From: Camelus dromedarius
Lineage: Eukaryota
Length of the DNA: 64,000 nt
Reading direction: 5' to 3'
Assembly (NCBI RefSeq): GCF_036321535.1
Contig: NC_087436.1
Location: forward strand, 56,546,001 to 56,610,000
This document shows positions 26,160 through 39,084 of the stretch, piece after piece. The notes under the pieces were generated by a model, which saw nothing but the letters and a program-made list of their open reading frames with translations, was not told the DNA's origin and did no database searches. The first letter of the stretch is position 1, and the number at the start of each line of letters is the position of its first letter. The translations under genes and the position numbers were made by a program.

Positions 26160-27110
26160 ATATTTTGGACAAAGAAAAGTTCAGAAACAGTATTACACCC
26201 ATGTACTTACAAGCCACAATTACCAAATATTAATATCCTGCCCTTATTTGCTTCAGAACTTATTTTGGTCAGAAATCAAATGGTACAGATAAGAGCTAAA
26301 ATATCACCAAGCACTACCAAGTGCTACCACCACCCCTTCTCACTGTCTCTATAAAGTTGACCAAATTGCAGAATATTATTTTCTATCCAGGTTGTTTACT
26401 TTAATACATATGAATCCCTACACAAAATAGATATTATTTGAAGAATCAAATTTTTACATAAACAGCATTAAACTATCTGAACTCTCTGCAGTTTGTTTTT
26501 TCTAGCCTCCCTGTTACTTCTGATATATTCCATTGGCAAGTCTAACCTACTCATTCCAACTGCAATAGAGTATTTACAGCATAAATAACCTCGGCTTGTT
26601 ATTTGTTCCTCAGCAGAGGGATGGTAAGGTTGTTTCCTTTACACACACACACAGACACACATACAATCTGCAGAAAGTGAATTGAGAATAAGGGGGAAAA
26701 AAAGCAAAGATTTTGAGTTACCTTCTTAATCATTCCACTGTTAAAAAGAAGCCGAGTATAGCAGAGATCAGATCTCTAAATCTATATAGTCATACACCTA
26801 TTTAGATAGAAATATAGATATGAAGACATACATATGGATAAATAACCTGGTGCAAGTGTTCTATGCACATGCAGGAGAGCTTCTTCCTCTACAATAGATT
26901 TGTAGCCATGGAAGCAGTGGGTCAGAAGATACGCGTATCTTCAAACTCACCAAGATCTGTCAAATTGCCTTCCAAAATAACAGAAAATAATTCCTCTCTT
27001 GCCACATTCAGGCCAATATTAGGGCTATCGGATTTTTTTTTTTTCCAATCTGAGGGGTATAAAGTATTTCATTGCTGTTTTGGCTTTTATTTCCTAGATT
27101 ATAGACAATC
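26160..27110 (-). mobile_element. Ancient L1ME-type 3' fragments (interrupted)
   Basis: aattaccaaatattaatatcctgcccttatttgcttcaga; ggtaaggttgtttcc; gatctgtcaaattgccttccaaaa; aaagtatttcattgctgttttggctttt. Highly diverged. Confidence 0.5.
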
Positions 27111-29291
27111 TTTTTATTTGACTAAATCCACAATTTCAGGAGAGTGAAGAGCTGGTCAAGAATACAGGGAAAAATCTCAGCCGTGTTAAATACAGTTTAT
27201 CACTTAAGGTCATGCTGCATCTGCTCCTACCCCATCTACCAACCAGGAATACTACATTCCCATACAGGCATCTCCACCCCTCCCAAGGTCTGAACACAAA
27301 GGTCAAGTAGTATATTAGACTCCTTCCCCACTGGCGAGGGAGATCTAAGAATAGTTTATTAGATTTGTACATTACATTGCAGAATTTTAAAAATTCACAA
27401 AACAATGCTTATCCTTACATGTGAAGCACTCTGATATTTTCTATTTTATTTTACTTCAATCTATTTAATTGTTAGTTGAGATTCATTAAATTGATGTCAT
27501 AACCCCATTAATGAGTCATAACATTCAATCTGGAAAACACTGGATCTTTTCTATGCCCAAAATGCCTATGAAGAAAAGAATACACCTGTGAGTTTCAGCC
27601 TATAATGAACTGAGACCCCTACCCACTCCACACAGGTACTGACAGCAAAGTATGCCCAACTGGGCATCTGCCCAAAGAGACCCAGGCTCTCAGCACATTA
27701 GTGCTACAAGATGTCATTCGACTGTTCTCATGGATGTGCACAGGATGAGATCGGAGGTCTGACACTTGAGATATTTTTAAGAAATATTTTAACTATTTTG
27801 GGGTTTTGTTGTTTTGTTTTGCTTTGTTTTATGATAAACACTGTTTCAGATTCCAGATATATAAACCAGGGGCACATTTTGAATATGCTTAGAAGTATAC
27901 TTTTTGTAAGTTATTTGAGTTCCAAGATTTGCCACTAACAAAAGGCACAATTGTTTCTATGCCCCTAGGAAGTAAGCAACAACTTGCTGATATTCTTACT
28001 ATTCAAATAATACAGATAGTTTCTCTGCTGTCCCAAATACTGCCTCAAGTAATATAGACATTTGTGTTTTTGAATAAAATAATCAGGTTTAGAATGCTGG
28101 GCTTATTTTTAATTGCTTTTTTGGTTAACTTTTCTTTTTCCAGAACTCTGCCCTTATTTTTAATATACTTCCATTGTATTCAGCTGCTCCTAAGCACTGA
28201 CAGTATCTAAATGTTTGCATACACATAGGAAGACAAATTGTAGCTTGATGATTTTGCAGTAAAAATACAGGACCTAACATTCTGATTAACGTGAAATGTT
28301 CTTAAAACTTACTAGTGCTATGCTGACTACATTTTGCTGGCTATCTTTTCATTTTACTGGATGCAATATAAAAATACACCATCTAGCCAACTGACGTCTC
28401 AAGTTCAAGTTATATACAAAGCCAGTACTGAAGCAGATTTGGGGACCTAGTACATAATAGTGTGGTGTCTTTCTAAAAGTGTGCATGCACTCAGCATGGA
28501 ATGTTATGATTGGACAAGTTACAGGTTTCCAAATTTGAAGAAAAAAAAAACACAATACTGTTTTTATTCCAATCTTGTTTATGCAAAGGTTCTGAAGATT
28601 AGAACTAGCAGGTTATTTCTAACCCGTGCCTTTTCTCCCACTTTCCCTGAGCTCCTCTCTCATGCTGGGAGTCCAGAAGTAACAACCTGCTATTTTCTGG
28701 AATTGTACCACAGCAATTTGAATAGCAAGCTCTGCACCTGGTATAGATTGTTACAAATATATACACCATATCAATGATATCTCAATTTAAAAAAAAAACT
28801 TAAAGGAATATACGCCTGAAACTATAAATGTACTATGTATAGGTGAACAGGGAAACTTAGTTGATATCATAGGTATTTAGAGGGAGAAAAATGCCCGATT
28901 TAATTCCAGTAGAAACATTCTCATTTCACAAAGAAAAGTTTTCTTATCTTAAAAGTATAACAGTGAGTATAATAAATTTCCTCAGTGATTTTTCAGGAAT
29001 TTGTTAGGAAATTTCACATTTCCAATGAGAAGTTTGTTAAACACGAGTTAATATCAACTCTTCTTTCGTTCTATCTTAAATATAAACACACCATGTTTTA
29101 TAGCAGGTCACATAATACTCTTAAGAGATGATGCTACTTGAGCTCTCACATCCTGATGGTCACATTCATACTTCATATTCAACTACATTACTTCCCAGTA
29201 GTATCAGTTAATTTTGCTCTAAATACATAAAATGTTTTTAAAAATCCAAATCATTATTCAAATTACCTTACTCATCTTAGTAATAAGTTAC

Positions 29292-31425
29292 TGTAGGGGC
29301 CTGAATGGTGGCTCCTGAAGACATCAGGTCCTATTATCTAGAACCTGTGAACGTTACCTTACATGGTAAGATCTTTGCAGATGTGATTAAGGATACTGTG
29401 ATAGGGAGATTATCCTGAATTATCCAGGTGGACCCTAAAGGCTGTCACAAGCATCCTTGTAAGAGAAAGAGTGAGGGCAAGCTCCAAGGCAATCTACAGA
29501 TTTAATGCAATCCCTATCAAATTACCCAGGACATATTTCACAGAACTAGAACAAATCATAGTAAAATTTATATGGAACCATTAAAGACCTAGAATTGCCA
29601 AAGCATTACTGAAGAGAAAGAAAGAGGCTGGAGGAATAACTCTCCCAGACTTCAGACAATACTATAGAGCTACAGTCATCAAGACAGCATGGTATTGGTA
29701 AAAAAAGCAGACATATGGACCAACAGGACAGAACAGAGAACCCAGAAATGAACCCACAAACTTTTGGTCAACTAATCTTCAACAAAGGAGGCAAGAATAT
29801 ACAATGGAATAAAGACAGTCTCTTCAGCAAATGGTGTTGGGAAAACTGGACAGCAGCATGTAAATCAATGAAGCTAGAACACTCCCTTACACCATACACA
29901 AAAATAAACTCAAAGTGGATCAAAGACTTAAACATAAGACAAGATACAATAAACCTCCTAGAAGAAAATATAGGCAAAACATTATCTAACATACATCTCA
30001 AAAATGTTCTCCAAGGGCAGTCTACCCAAGCGATAGAAATAAAAGCAAGAACAAATGGGACCTAATGAAACTTACAAGCTTCTGCACAGCAAAGGAAACC
30101 ATAAGTAAAACAAAACGACAACCTACAGAATGGGAGAAAATTTTTGCAAATGAAACTGACAAAGCCTTGATCTCCAGAATATATAAACAGCTCATATGAC
30201 TTAGTAAGAAAAAAACAAACGACCCAATCCAAAAATGGGCAAAAGACCTAAACAAGCAATTCTCCAAGGAAGACATACAAATGATCAAAAGGCACATGAA
30301 AAAATGCTCAGTATCACTAATTACCAGAGAAATGGAAATCAGAACTACGATGAGGTATCATCTCACCAGAATGGCCATCATTCAAAAGTCCACAAATGAC
30401 AAATGCTGGAGAGGCTGTGGAGAAAAGGGAACCCTCCTTCACTGCTGGTGGGAATGCAGTTTGGTGCAGCCACTGTGGAAAACAGTATGGAGATTCCTCA
30501 AAAGACTAGGAATAGACTTATCATATGACCCAGGAATCCCGCTCCTGGGCATATATCGAGAAGGAACCCTACTTCAAAATGACACCTGCACCCCAATGTT
30601 CATAGCAGCACTATTTACAATAGCCAAGACATGGAAACAGCCTAAATGTCCATCAACAGATGACTGGATAAGGAAGAGGTGGTATATTTATACAATGGAA
30701 TAGTATTCAGCCATAAAAACCAACAATATAACGCCATTTGCAGCAACATGGATGTTCCTGGAGAATGTCATTCTAAGTGAAGTAAGACAGAAAGAGAAAG
30801 AAAAATACCATATGAGATCACTCATATGTGGAATCTAAAAAAAAAGAACATAAATACAAAACAGAAACAGACTCATAGAATACAAACTTGTGGTTGCCAA
30901 GGGGGTAGGGGGTGGGAACGGACAGACTGGGATTTCAAAATGTAGAACAGATAAACAAGATTATACTGTATAGCACAGGGAAATATATACAAGATCTTGT
31001 GGTAGCTAACAGTGAAAAAAAACGTGACAGTGAATATATATGTATGTTCATGTATAACTGAAAAATTGTGCTCTACACCAGAATTTGACACAACATGTAA
31101 AATGACTATAACTCAATAAAAATGTTAAAAAATAAAAATAAAAAGAGTGAGAGCAAGTTTACATACACATAAAAAATTGTGACCGCGGAGACAGACTGGA
31201 GTGATGTGGCCACAAGTCAAAGAATGCCAGCAGCCACCAAATGCTGGAAGAGACAAAGAATGGATTCTCCCCTAGAGCCTCTAGAGGGAGTATGGACCCG
31301 CTGAAACGTTGACTTAGCCTTAGTGAAACTGGCTTTGGCCTCAACAACTGTGAGAGAATAAATTTATGTTGTTTTAAGCCACTAAGATGTGGTACTTCAT
31401 TACAGCAGCCCTTGAAACTAATGCA
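29292..31425 (+). mobile_element. MLT1C/D-like MaLR solo LTR split by an L1 (LTR parts 29292-29481 and 31142-31425)
   Basis: 5' half: tgtaggggcctgaatggtggc...gaacctgtgaacgttaccttacatgg..ctttgcagatgtgattaagg. 3' half: gtgatgtggccacaagtcaaagaatgccagcagccacc...gattctcccctagagcct...aactgtgagagaataaattt..gaaactaatgca. Confidence 0.9.
29482..31141 (+). mobile_element. Young 5'-truncated LINE1 (camelid-type 3' UTR)
   Basis: ORF2 C-terminal pieces: GQLIFNKGGKNIQWNKDSLFSKWCWENW (29715) and the zinc knuckle [18 protein letters not shown] (30281). The 3' UTR and A-rich tail are present. TSD aaagagtgagggcaag (29466-29481) / aaagagtgagagcaag (31142-31157). Confidence 0.95.
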
Positions 31426-31639
31426 ATCAGAACTGCTATTACCTCAAGATAATAGAATTTTCAAAATAAATGAAATTGGGGGTGAGGGGTCCTCAACCAC
31501 TTGGGAAATGAGAGATCTTCTTCAAGTGTGTTGGGGGAATGTGGAAAGGGTTTTTGAAAGAATTAGGCCTAGAAAAATGAAGAGTGGAGAATGAAGAGAA
31601 TACATGCCTAGTCCGGGGGAAGATTCAAACTTCATTTAA

Positions 31640-32090
31640 AAACTTCCAGAAAATGATTTTCGAGTCATTATCAGATCATAAAAGTACTTCTGCCCTTTGA
31701 TTCAGTAATTCCATTGCTAAGAATCAATATTAAGAAAGCATGCCAAAATCAGATCAAATTGTATAGACTAAGATGCTCCTACAGCATACAGCTATAATAT
31801 AAAAAACTAGGAACAATCTAAACACTCAAAATGAGAGTTAAGTAAACTACAGTCCGTCCTAGCTGAACATCTTATATATCCGTCAAAAATAATGTTTAAA
31901 AAGAATTTGGGAAAAAAACCTTAAAATATACATATAAACAGCAACATGCAAAAGAATATATACACTATTGCTTTTAATTGTTATTCTGAATGCATAGAAG
32001 AAGAAAAAAAAAAAAAAAGACCAGAAAGAAATACACAGGATTACAGCTAACTTTTCCCTCTTTTAATGTTTTTAAGTTTTACTAAAAGCA
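31640..32090 (+). mobile_element. Ancient L1ME-type 3' fragment
   Basis: ccctttgattcagtaattccattgctaagaatc...aaaaactaggaacaatctaaacactcaa..gttaagtaaactac. Confidence 0.6.
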
Positions 32091-32187
32091 CACCAGACTC
32101 TGAGAGCAAGAGGTGCTGTAAAGGGGTAGGTAGAAAACACAAATGCTCCAGTTTTCTGGGTGATGAGAAGACAGAATAATACCTTAC

Positions 32188-32314
32188 CAGACAAAACTCC
32201 CAAATGCCTTCAAATGTGTCGCATCATCTACAACAACTCAACCTCTATGAGTCACGCAGGAATAAGTATTTACACTGGGAGCACAAGCAGTTTTGGAGTC
32301 TACTCAAGGACATC
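32188..32314 (-). other. Candidate non-coding exon (127 nt)
   Basis: Acceptor gtggcttttgtcccagctcttcctgcttctgtag|G and donor CTG|GTAAGG. Stops occur in all three frames. Confidence 0.35.
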
Positions 32315-33092
32315 CTACAGAAGCAGGAAGAGCTGGGACAAAAGCCACGTCATGTCATTTCAGTCTGGGCGCTAAATCCCCGTCTCTAAGATGGTGCTGC
32401 AGCATCAGAGCCAGGCTCAGCCATGGGGAGGGGGCAGCTCTTCTTATCAGAAAGCAAGTAAATATCTCAGGTTTCCCCATAACCCTTTCACGTTCATGAG
32501 TAAGCCAAGGTATAAATAAAATAGAATTGTATCAAGATTGCCTACTGTATATAACTTACTAAATATATACATGCAAGAGACACCCAATCTTTCAAATCAG
32601 TATCATCTCTTCTTTCCACTTATTTTTGAGTCAGGATACAGTTTATATTAATTTCTTGGTCCAAGCCTCTCCATACAACAGGGTCTTGGTTTTGGCACTT
32701 AATCATTTTATAACATATTCTATTATTCTGAAAGCCAACAATTTTCAGCAAACATTTGCTTTAATTTCACTAATTGAGACAAATGAAAAAATAACTCCTG
32801 CAAAACTCTGGAGACTTAATGTCACCCAAAATATGCAAAAAAAAAAAAAAGGTATTATAATCATATTTATGTTTTTTAAAAATGTTTACATTCTCATTCA
32901 GGTTGTAGAATTCATAGGATTTTATAGTTGTAAATATATTCTAGAGAACTTTATTATTTTTTAGTAGTTTTAAACTTTGATAAGTTGCTAACATCAGAAA
33001 ACAATCAAGGAAATGATAACCATAATTAATGGGTACAAAAAAAGATCATGCTCAAATTAGAGCTAATTTTCAACTTTCAGATTTAGATATAG

Positions 33093-33261
33093 CAAACTCA
33101 GAGCATCAGAAGATCAATCAAATAAGACCAAATATCAAATGTCAATGTATAAAACTATTCTCAAACTTTTCTTTTTCAAACTCAGAGCATCAGAAGATCA
33201 ATTACGTAAGACCAAATATCAAATGTCAACTTATAAAACTATTCTCAAACTTTTCTTTTTC
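33093..33261. repeat. Tandem duplication, 2 x 84 bp, 5 mismatches
   Basis: caaactcagagcatcagaagatcaat...aaactattctcaaacttttctttttc starts at both 33093 and 33177. Confidence 0.97.
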
Positions 33262-34634
33262 TATACTGAAACAGATGTTCTGATCATCAAGTCTAGATTT
33301 AACTGTCAAAAATACTCCACTCATGGGCTATGCAGACATGCATGTATCACTAATTTGAGAAGTTACATCAATCTTAACAACAATAAGAGGATAAACATTT
33401 TTTCAAACCTCTAAAGAAAGACACTACTCATTTTTATCCTTTTAGTATTCATGACTGTTTTTTTGTTTGTTTGTTTGTCTTGCAAATCCCCAAAGAGCTT
33501 TTAACCAGGACTATATCATTAAATAAAAAATAAACTTCTGGAAGTAGAAAGTCTTTACTGCTATTCTTGCTGAAAGAATGCTAGTTACACCTGGAAAGTC
33601 ATACTGGTGAGTGGTCACACAAAACATTGAAATATATATTTATGTCACCGAGAGACTTTTACTCAAATGCCAATCAAAAGCTCTCTTGAGAAACCCTACA
33701 GATAAACAGAGATAGGTTGATTTCCTGTTTTTGGTAATGACTGGTATGTTTCTGTCACATTTTAGCATTAAATAAAGTATATAGTGCAATCAGTTTTGCC
33801 TATTTTAGAATGTTCATACAATAATTTCCAGTAACTAGACACAAAAGAAACGTAGCAGTTGAGAAAATATTCTGATTGTTTTATTTAAAACTCAAGTGTC
33901 ATATAGGGCATATTTTTGATAGCCTTCTACAAAGCAAACAAACGTCACACACCTCAAAAACACCAGTGTATTTCTTAACGATTAGTCTTAAGTGCTGTAT
34001 GTTCAAGTTTAGCCAATTATATATATATACCTATAAGCTGCCTCTAAGACACCAAAATCAAAGATAATTTTCCTTGATCTAACTGCCTGATGGAGTAACT
34101 CTTGAAAGAACCTGAATGTTTAATTAACGTGAGAGCTGAAGAACAGCAGGCTAAGTAAGCCTTCTTCAAGAACTGAATTTTAGAATTAACAGATTTTTGT
34201 ATAAAATGTCCCTATTTTTGTTTTCAAAAAAGTAGACAAAACATTTCAATTTTCCCATAGATTATAAATCAAAGAAAAATTGAAGGCAGCTACATAAACA
34301 GTCCACTGGCTGAATCTGTTGTACATGACACAGTGATCCCTAATGTGGAGCATTTAGCCTATTCACCTCTTTGCTGCCATCTTTGAATAAACATGTCTTG
34401 AAGCACCATCAATCTAAGCAATAAGGGATATTTTTCTTTCAAGAACACATTTTCAACTTTGGACCAGCTATACAACTGTAAAACCAAGAGAAAAAAGAAT
34501 TTTGTGATACTTGTTTACATTAATAGTTGAACATGATACTACCAAGTCTCTCCAATGAAAAGTTACATTAAAGAACTTAAGACATTGGCATTAACTATTT
34601 TATTTTCTACATTACTCTTCTGTATCATGCTTAC

Positions 34635-34768
34635 CTGCAGAGTAACTGCTCTACCTAATCCTCAGAGAACCAAGAAGAAATTAGTTTCATGATCGACTTA
34701 ATTTTAAAAATCCAATAATGATCAAAGGACTCGCTGTATTTACTTTATTTACCATATCAAGAAGTATG
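34635..34768 (-). other. Candidate non-coding exon (134 nt)
   Basis: Acceptor ttctttttcttttttgctcttccacattttag|C and donor CAG|GTAAGC. Stops occur in all three frames. Confidence 0.35.
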
Positions 34769-35149
34769 CTAAAATGTGGAAGAGCAAAAAAGAAAAAGAA
34801 CTAGCAGCCTCTCTCAGTATTCATTGCCTAAGGTCAGAAAGCTGAAAGAAATATGAAATTTCCTTTCTTCAAATAATTCCAAAATAACCAAAAGCCAAAT
34901 CTACAACTCCTCCCTATTAGAAAAATGAACAAAAGGTATGTCACGGAAAATACATGAAAATATATGTTTCATAAATATCTTTTAAGCTGTTCTTTCAGGG
35001 ACAATAAGCAATATAAACTATTCTCAAAAGGAAATCCTGAAAGAGCCAACCCTTTAAAATTAAAAAAGGGACAAATGTGAACTAAGATCAGGTGTGACAA
35101 CACTGCCCTGATACTATGTGGAAACTCGTACGTAAATGGTAATTAAGGC

Positions 35150-35236
35150 TCCTTTCTTCGTTTTTTCCCCTCTTCATTCTCTCTCTTCCCCCCTTCTCCT
35201 CCCTTCCTTGCTTTCCCTCCCTTCCTCTCCTTCCTT
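35150..35236. repeat. Polypyrimidine (CT-rich) low-complexity tract
   Basis: cctttcttcgttttttcccctcttcattctctctcttcccccc...ttcctt. Confidence 0.8.
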
Positions 35237-35299
35237 AAAGACTTCATAGCTATGTTTCATAAGGAAAAATAGGTGGGAGAAAAAGGAATAAATGCTTAC

Positions 35300-35503
35300 T
35301 GTTTAAGAAAAGCTGGTCTGTGCCAATACTTTGGAGAAACTGTTCAAGAAAAGTTGATCCACTTGAAAATGTAACCCCTGAAGTGTCGCCAGGGTCACAG
35401 AGACCCAGGGTGATCTCTGATACACAATGGGTACCATTTGTGCATTTGTAAAGAGAACTGGGTAGTGGGTTATTTTTACATTATGTATCTCATTGCAAGT
35501 AAG
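35300..35503 (-). other. Candidate non-coding or poison exon (204 nt)
   Basis: Acceptor cctgcgttttcttttcccag|C and donor ACA|GTAAGC. Phase 0 is open until TAA at 35305-35303; the other frames are closed. Confidence 0.3.
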
Positions 35504-37237
35504 CTGGGAAAAGAAAACGCAGGTTGGTTGTGTTTTCACTGCATTTCATTTCACTATCCTTCTTGTGGGGTTACTAAAATATTAGCCGTGCCCTGCGTAT
35601 GAGATACATGTGATCCCTTTCAAGGTGGGAGTTAGCAGCACTGTTTTTAAGTGAAATATGAGAGCAACATTACAATTTCCAAATTCAATAATTTGGAATA
35701 ACTACATTAACATGACAAGGTTCTCAAGAACTGCCAAAGACAACAACAATGGACTGTTTACCTTGAGTAGCACATTTCACGGCAGGACTCAAATCCTGCC
35801 CCTCAGCCCACTTAATGCTGTTACCCACTTCTGACTGCGCCACACATCAGTAGGCTGTCTGCACCATTTTCACCTTTCTTCAGATTAATACCTTCCACTG
35901 ACATTTTGCCTTCTACTGGTGGTTCTCAGATGGCCATTTTAAATGAAGGGAAAGGCACCAAGAAATTTTGCCTGAGGTCATGTGAGACTCCAGCTTTAAA
36001 ACAGCAAGTGAACCCAGTTCCTGAGCACTGAATAAAGAACATTTCTTTAGAGAAAGCCAATTTCAATTTCTGTTTATGTAAGAACAACTCAGCTGCACTA
36101 TATTAGCTTGGAACTTAAATGTGTTTCCCAAATTCGTGAAATAAAAAAAGAGAAGTCGTATTTTCTCTAAGAACACATGGATGTATTTCTTCTTAGGAAG
36201 CCCACACACAACACGGTGAAGAGTCCACTTCACACAAACTTATTATTCAAATATTTAAAAGGCATTCGGGTGAAGCCTCATGAGGAAGGACTGAAATGGC
36301 CCATTACTGGAGACAGAGGGCGCCTGTCCTGGAGCTGACCATGAACACTGAAGTGCAGAGTCTAGAGCCAAAGGAGAATGTTGAGTTAGAAAGTTTCCTC
36401 GTTCAGAAGGTGAAAATATTTTTTTCAGTTTTTGGACATTATGACTCATTATTTCTCATTTTTTAAATCTTTGTATGTCTTAGATTGTAAAGGAGGATGT
36501 ATTAGTATTCATTATTAATATAGGGGAATATTTTTATTTTAAACATGTCACATTATATTTTCCTTCAGCTAAAATAAATTAGCAACATTATGTAAAGAAA
36601 AACAAATTTTTCTTATAATCATTAATAACAGTTATAAGCACCAGCAATCTTCATTAAAACCTTGCAAAATGACAGTCCCACTTCACAGATGAAAAAATTG
36701 AGACTCGGAATGTAAAATTACTCACATTGAACTCTAGTGCTCACTATATCACATTTCCTTAAGAAATAATACACTCATCCCATTGGCGAAATGCAGCAAA
36801 ACACAAAACTTTGATTTAGGTATTACCTAATACTTTTTAGAAGACTTCCAACAACCTACCTCTAGTAACTCACCTATTCAAAAGTTGACAGATAAATGGA
36901 ATCTGAGAAAAGAATCTGGGGTATTTCTCTCTCCTCCTAAACAAATCCTTGCAGATCTTTTAAGGACTAGTTCTGGTATCATGTCTTTTCTAGAAAGTTT
37001 CCTTACTCTCAATACTGATACAATTACTTCTTTACTAGGTTATCAGATTTATTTAACAATTAACTATGGCTAAAAGTCATTTGTCCTCAGCTCCCAGCAC
37101 AGTACCTGGTACATGTCCCGTAAGTCCTTGTGTTCACTAAATGCTTGTTAAAAGGACACTTGCGCAAATAAAACTCAGCTATGACATCAGATAAAAAACT
37201 CATCTCATATAAATATGAATATGTCAAACCTTGTATT

Positions 37238-37390
37238 AAAGTTTCCTAAACTTCAATACATGTATGAATCAAATGTCAACTCAGATTCAGTAGGCCTGGA
37301 GTGGGAGCTGAGATTCTTATGCATTTCCAGTAATTTCTCCCAAGTGATGACATTGCTGCTGGTTCTTAGACCACCCTTTGGGCAGCAAGG
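37238..37390. mobile_element. MER5A-like hAT-Charlie MITE
   Basis: gattcagtaggcctggagtgggagctgagattcttatgcatttccag..ctcccaagtgatg..gctgctggttcttagaccaccctttgggcagcaag. Confidence 0.75.
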
Positions 37391-38693
37391 ACTTAAACTA
37401 CTGTGGTAACATATACCAGACCTGGTGAATGGTTTGGAAAGCCATGTGTTCGTTCCTCTTGAATATTAACCTCTATTTAGAGCTGGCACCAAATCTCAAG
37501 TTATTAAACTTAATAACTAAGAGCAATTACGTGTTTATGCGTATTTCCCTGGATGAGACACAAGCTTTTTTGAAAAGGGCCATTCTTACTGATGTTTGTA
37601 TTTTCAGTCCCAAGAGGCAGGACAGTACTGTATATGTAGGAGGGACTCAATTTAATATTAGTTAAGTAAATACAGAATTAAGTACTGGAGGGTAAAAGTT
37701 ATCACTGATTGGTGTCTGTCACAGTGCTTGGCATGGTGCCTCAAAACAGAGGAGAACCTCAGTAAATCAATTTTAAGTGAATGAACAAGCAAAGAAGCTA
37801 TTCCTTCTCTGTAAATCATCAGGTTTTTATTACCCTGATCAGTGCCAATATCTGGCACTTGATAAAAATTGAAACTGCTCTGGTAAGCCCTAGATATTAA
37901 TGAATTTTCAAGGTTATAGGGATCACACAAATGATCTCTTGGCTGTTCTATCTTTGAATGCTACTGTTTTTTTCAAAGGCTACACTTTCATTTCAGCATT
38001 TCCTTTTTGCTGGCCACGATTAAAATGTGTGGCCACTACTGTTTTAAGTTCAGGATTACCGCCACTTCAAAAACCGCTAGTACCAAAAAGATTAGTGTTA
38101 GTCATATAACAGAAGCTACTATAAGCAACCCACCATTTATTTCTTCCCACTTACTTTTTAAGTAACAAGGTCTTAGCTTCACATGCATACAGAAATCACT
38201 AATCTAAGAAAATACAAAACTTTGCATTTATTTCCTAAAAGTACTTTGTTAACCAGCTTTTGTTATTGGAAGGGAAGAGGATTATCTGCAGAAAAATGTT
38301 TCTCCTTACGGTCAAAAGATATGACTGTTTCACTGAACCAAGTTTTATTGGTTTAATCTCTGTATATTTCAGTAAATTAATGTGTATGTGGTATGTACTG
38401 TGGGAAAGTGTTAAAAGTGTTTAAGTTTTTAATGTACCAAACAAGTATTAAGCACCTACTATATACAATGCATACATTAGGGTGTTGTGAGGACTATAAA
38501 AATAAATATCCAAATAATGCTTTGAGAAAATTCATGTAACAAAATTTCACAAAAACAGAAAGGGATTTTTAAAAGTCACTCAATTTTTACTTTTAATTTA
38601 CTCAATTATACTTTTAAAATAAACTTTAAAGTTTTACGAACACGCACTGAGCTTAAAAAGAGGCAATATTTGTTTTTTCCTTTTAAATACTTC

Positions 38694-39084
38694 TGCTATG
38701 GACTGGATTGTGTCCCCTCCAAAACTTTATGTTGAAAAAGCCCTACCATCTCAGGATGATGGTATCCGGAGATAGGGCATTTGGATGTAATTAGGTTTAG
38801 ATGAGGTCATGGGGGTGGGGTGTGGTACCTTATGACAGCACTAGTGCTCTTGTAAGAAGAGGACCAGACAGCTCCTGCTCTTTGGATCTCCCCTTATGCT
38901 TCCTCTCCCACCACTCGAAGATACAAAGAAAAATCATCTGTCTGCAAGCTAGGAAGAGAGCCCTCATCAGACCCACAATGCTGGTACCCTTATCTCAGAC
39001 TTTCAGCCTCCAGAACTAAGAAAACTTCTGTTGTTTAAGTCACTAACTCTATGGTGTTTTGTTATGGCAGCTTGACTTAGTACA
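38694..39084 (+). mobile_element. MLT1A/A0-like MaLR solo LTR
   Basis: TG...CA termini (tgctatggactggattgtgtcccctccaaaa ... gttatggcagcttgacttagtaca). The flanks acttc/acatc match at 4 of 5 positions, fitting a 5-bp TSD. Confidence 0.9.

Noticed and set aside
28313..28446. Possible minus-strand exon with CTA|GTAAGT donor
   Set aside because: The acceptor lacks a polypyrimidine tract, and there is no other support.
33029..33414. ORFs with internally repeated peptides
   Set aside because: They are a by-product of the 84-bp DNA duplication.
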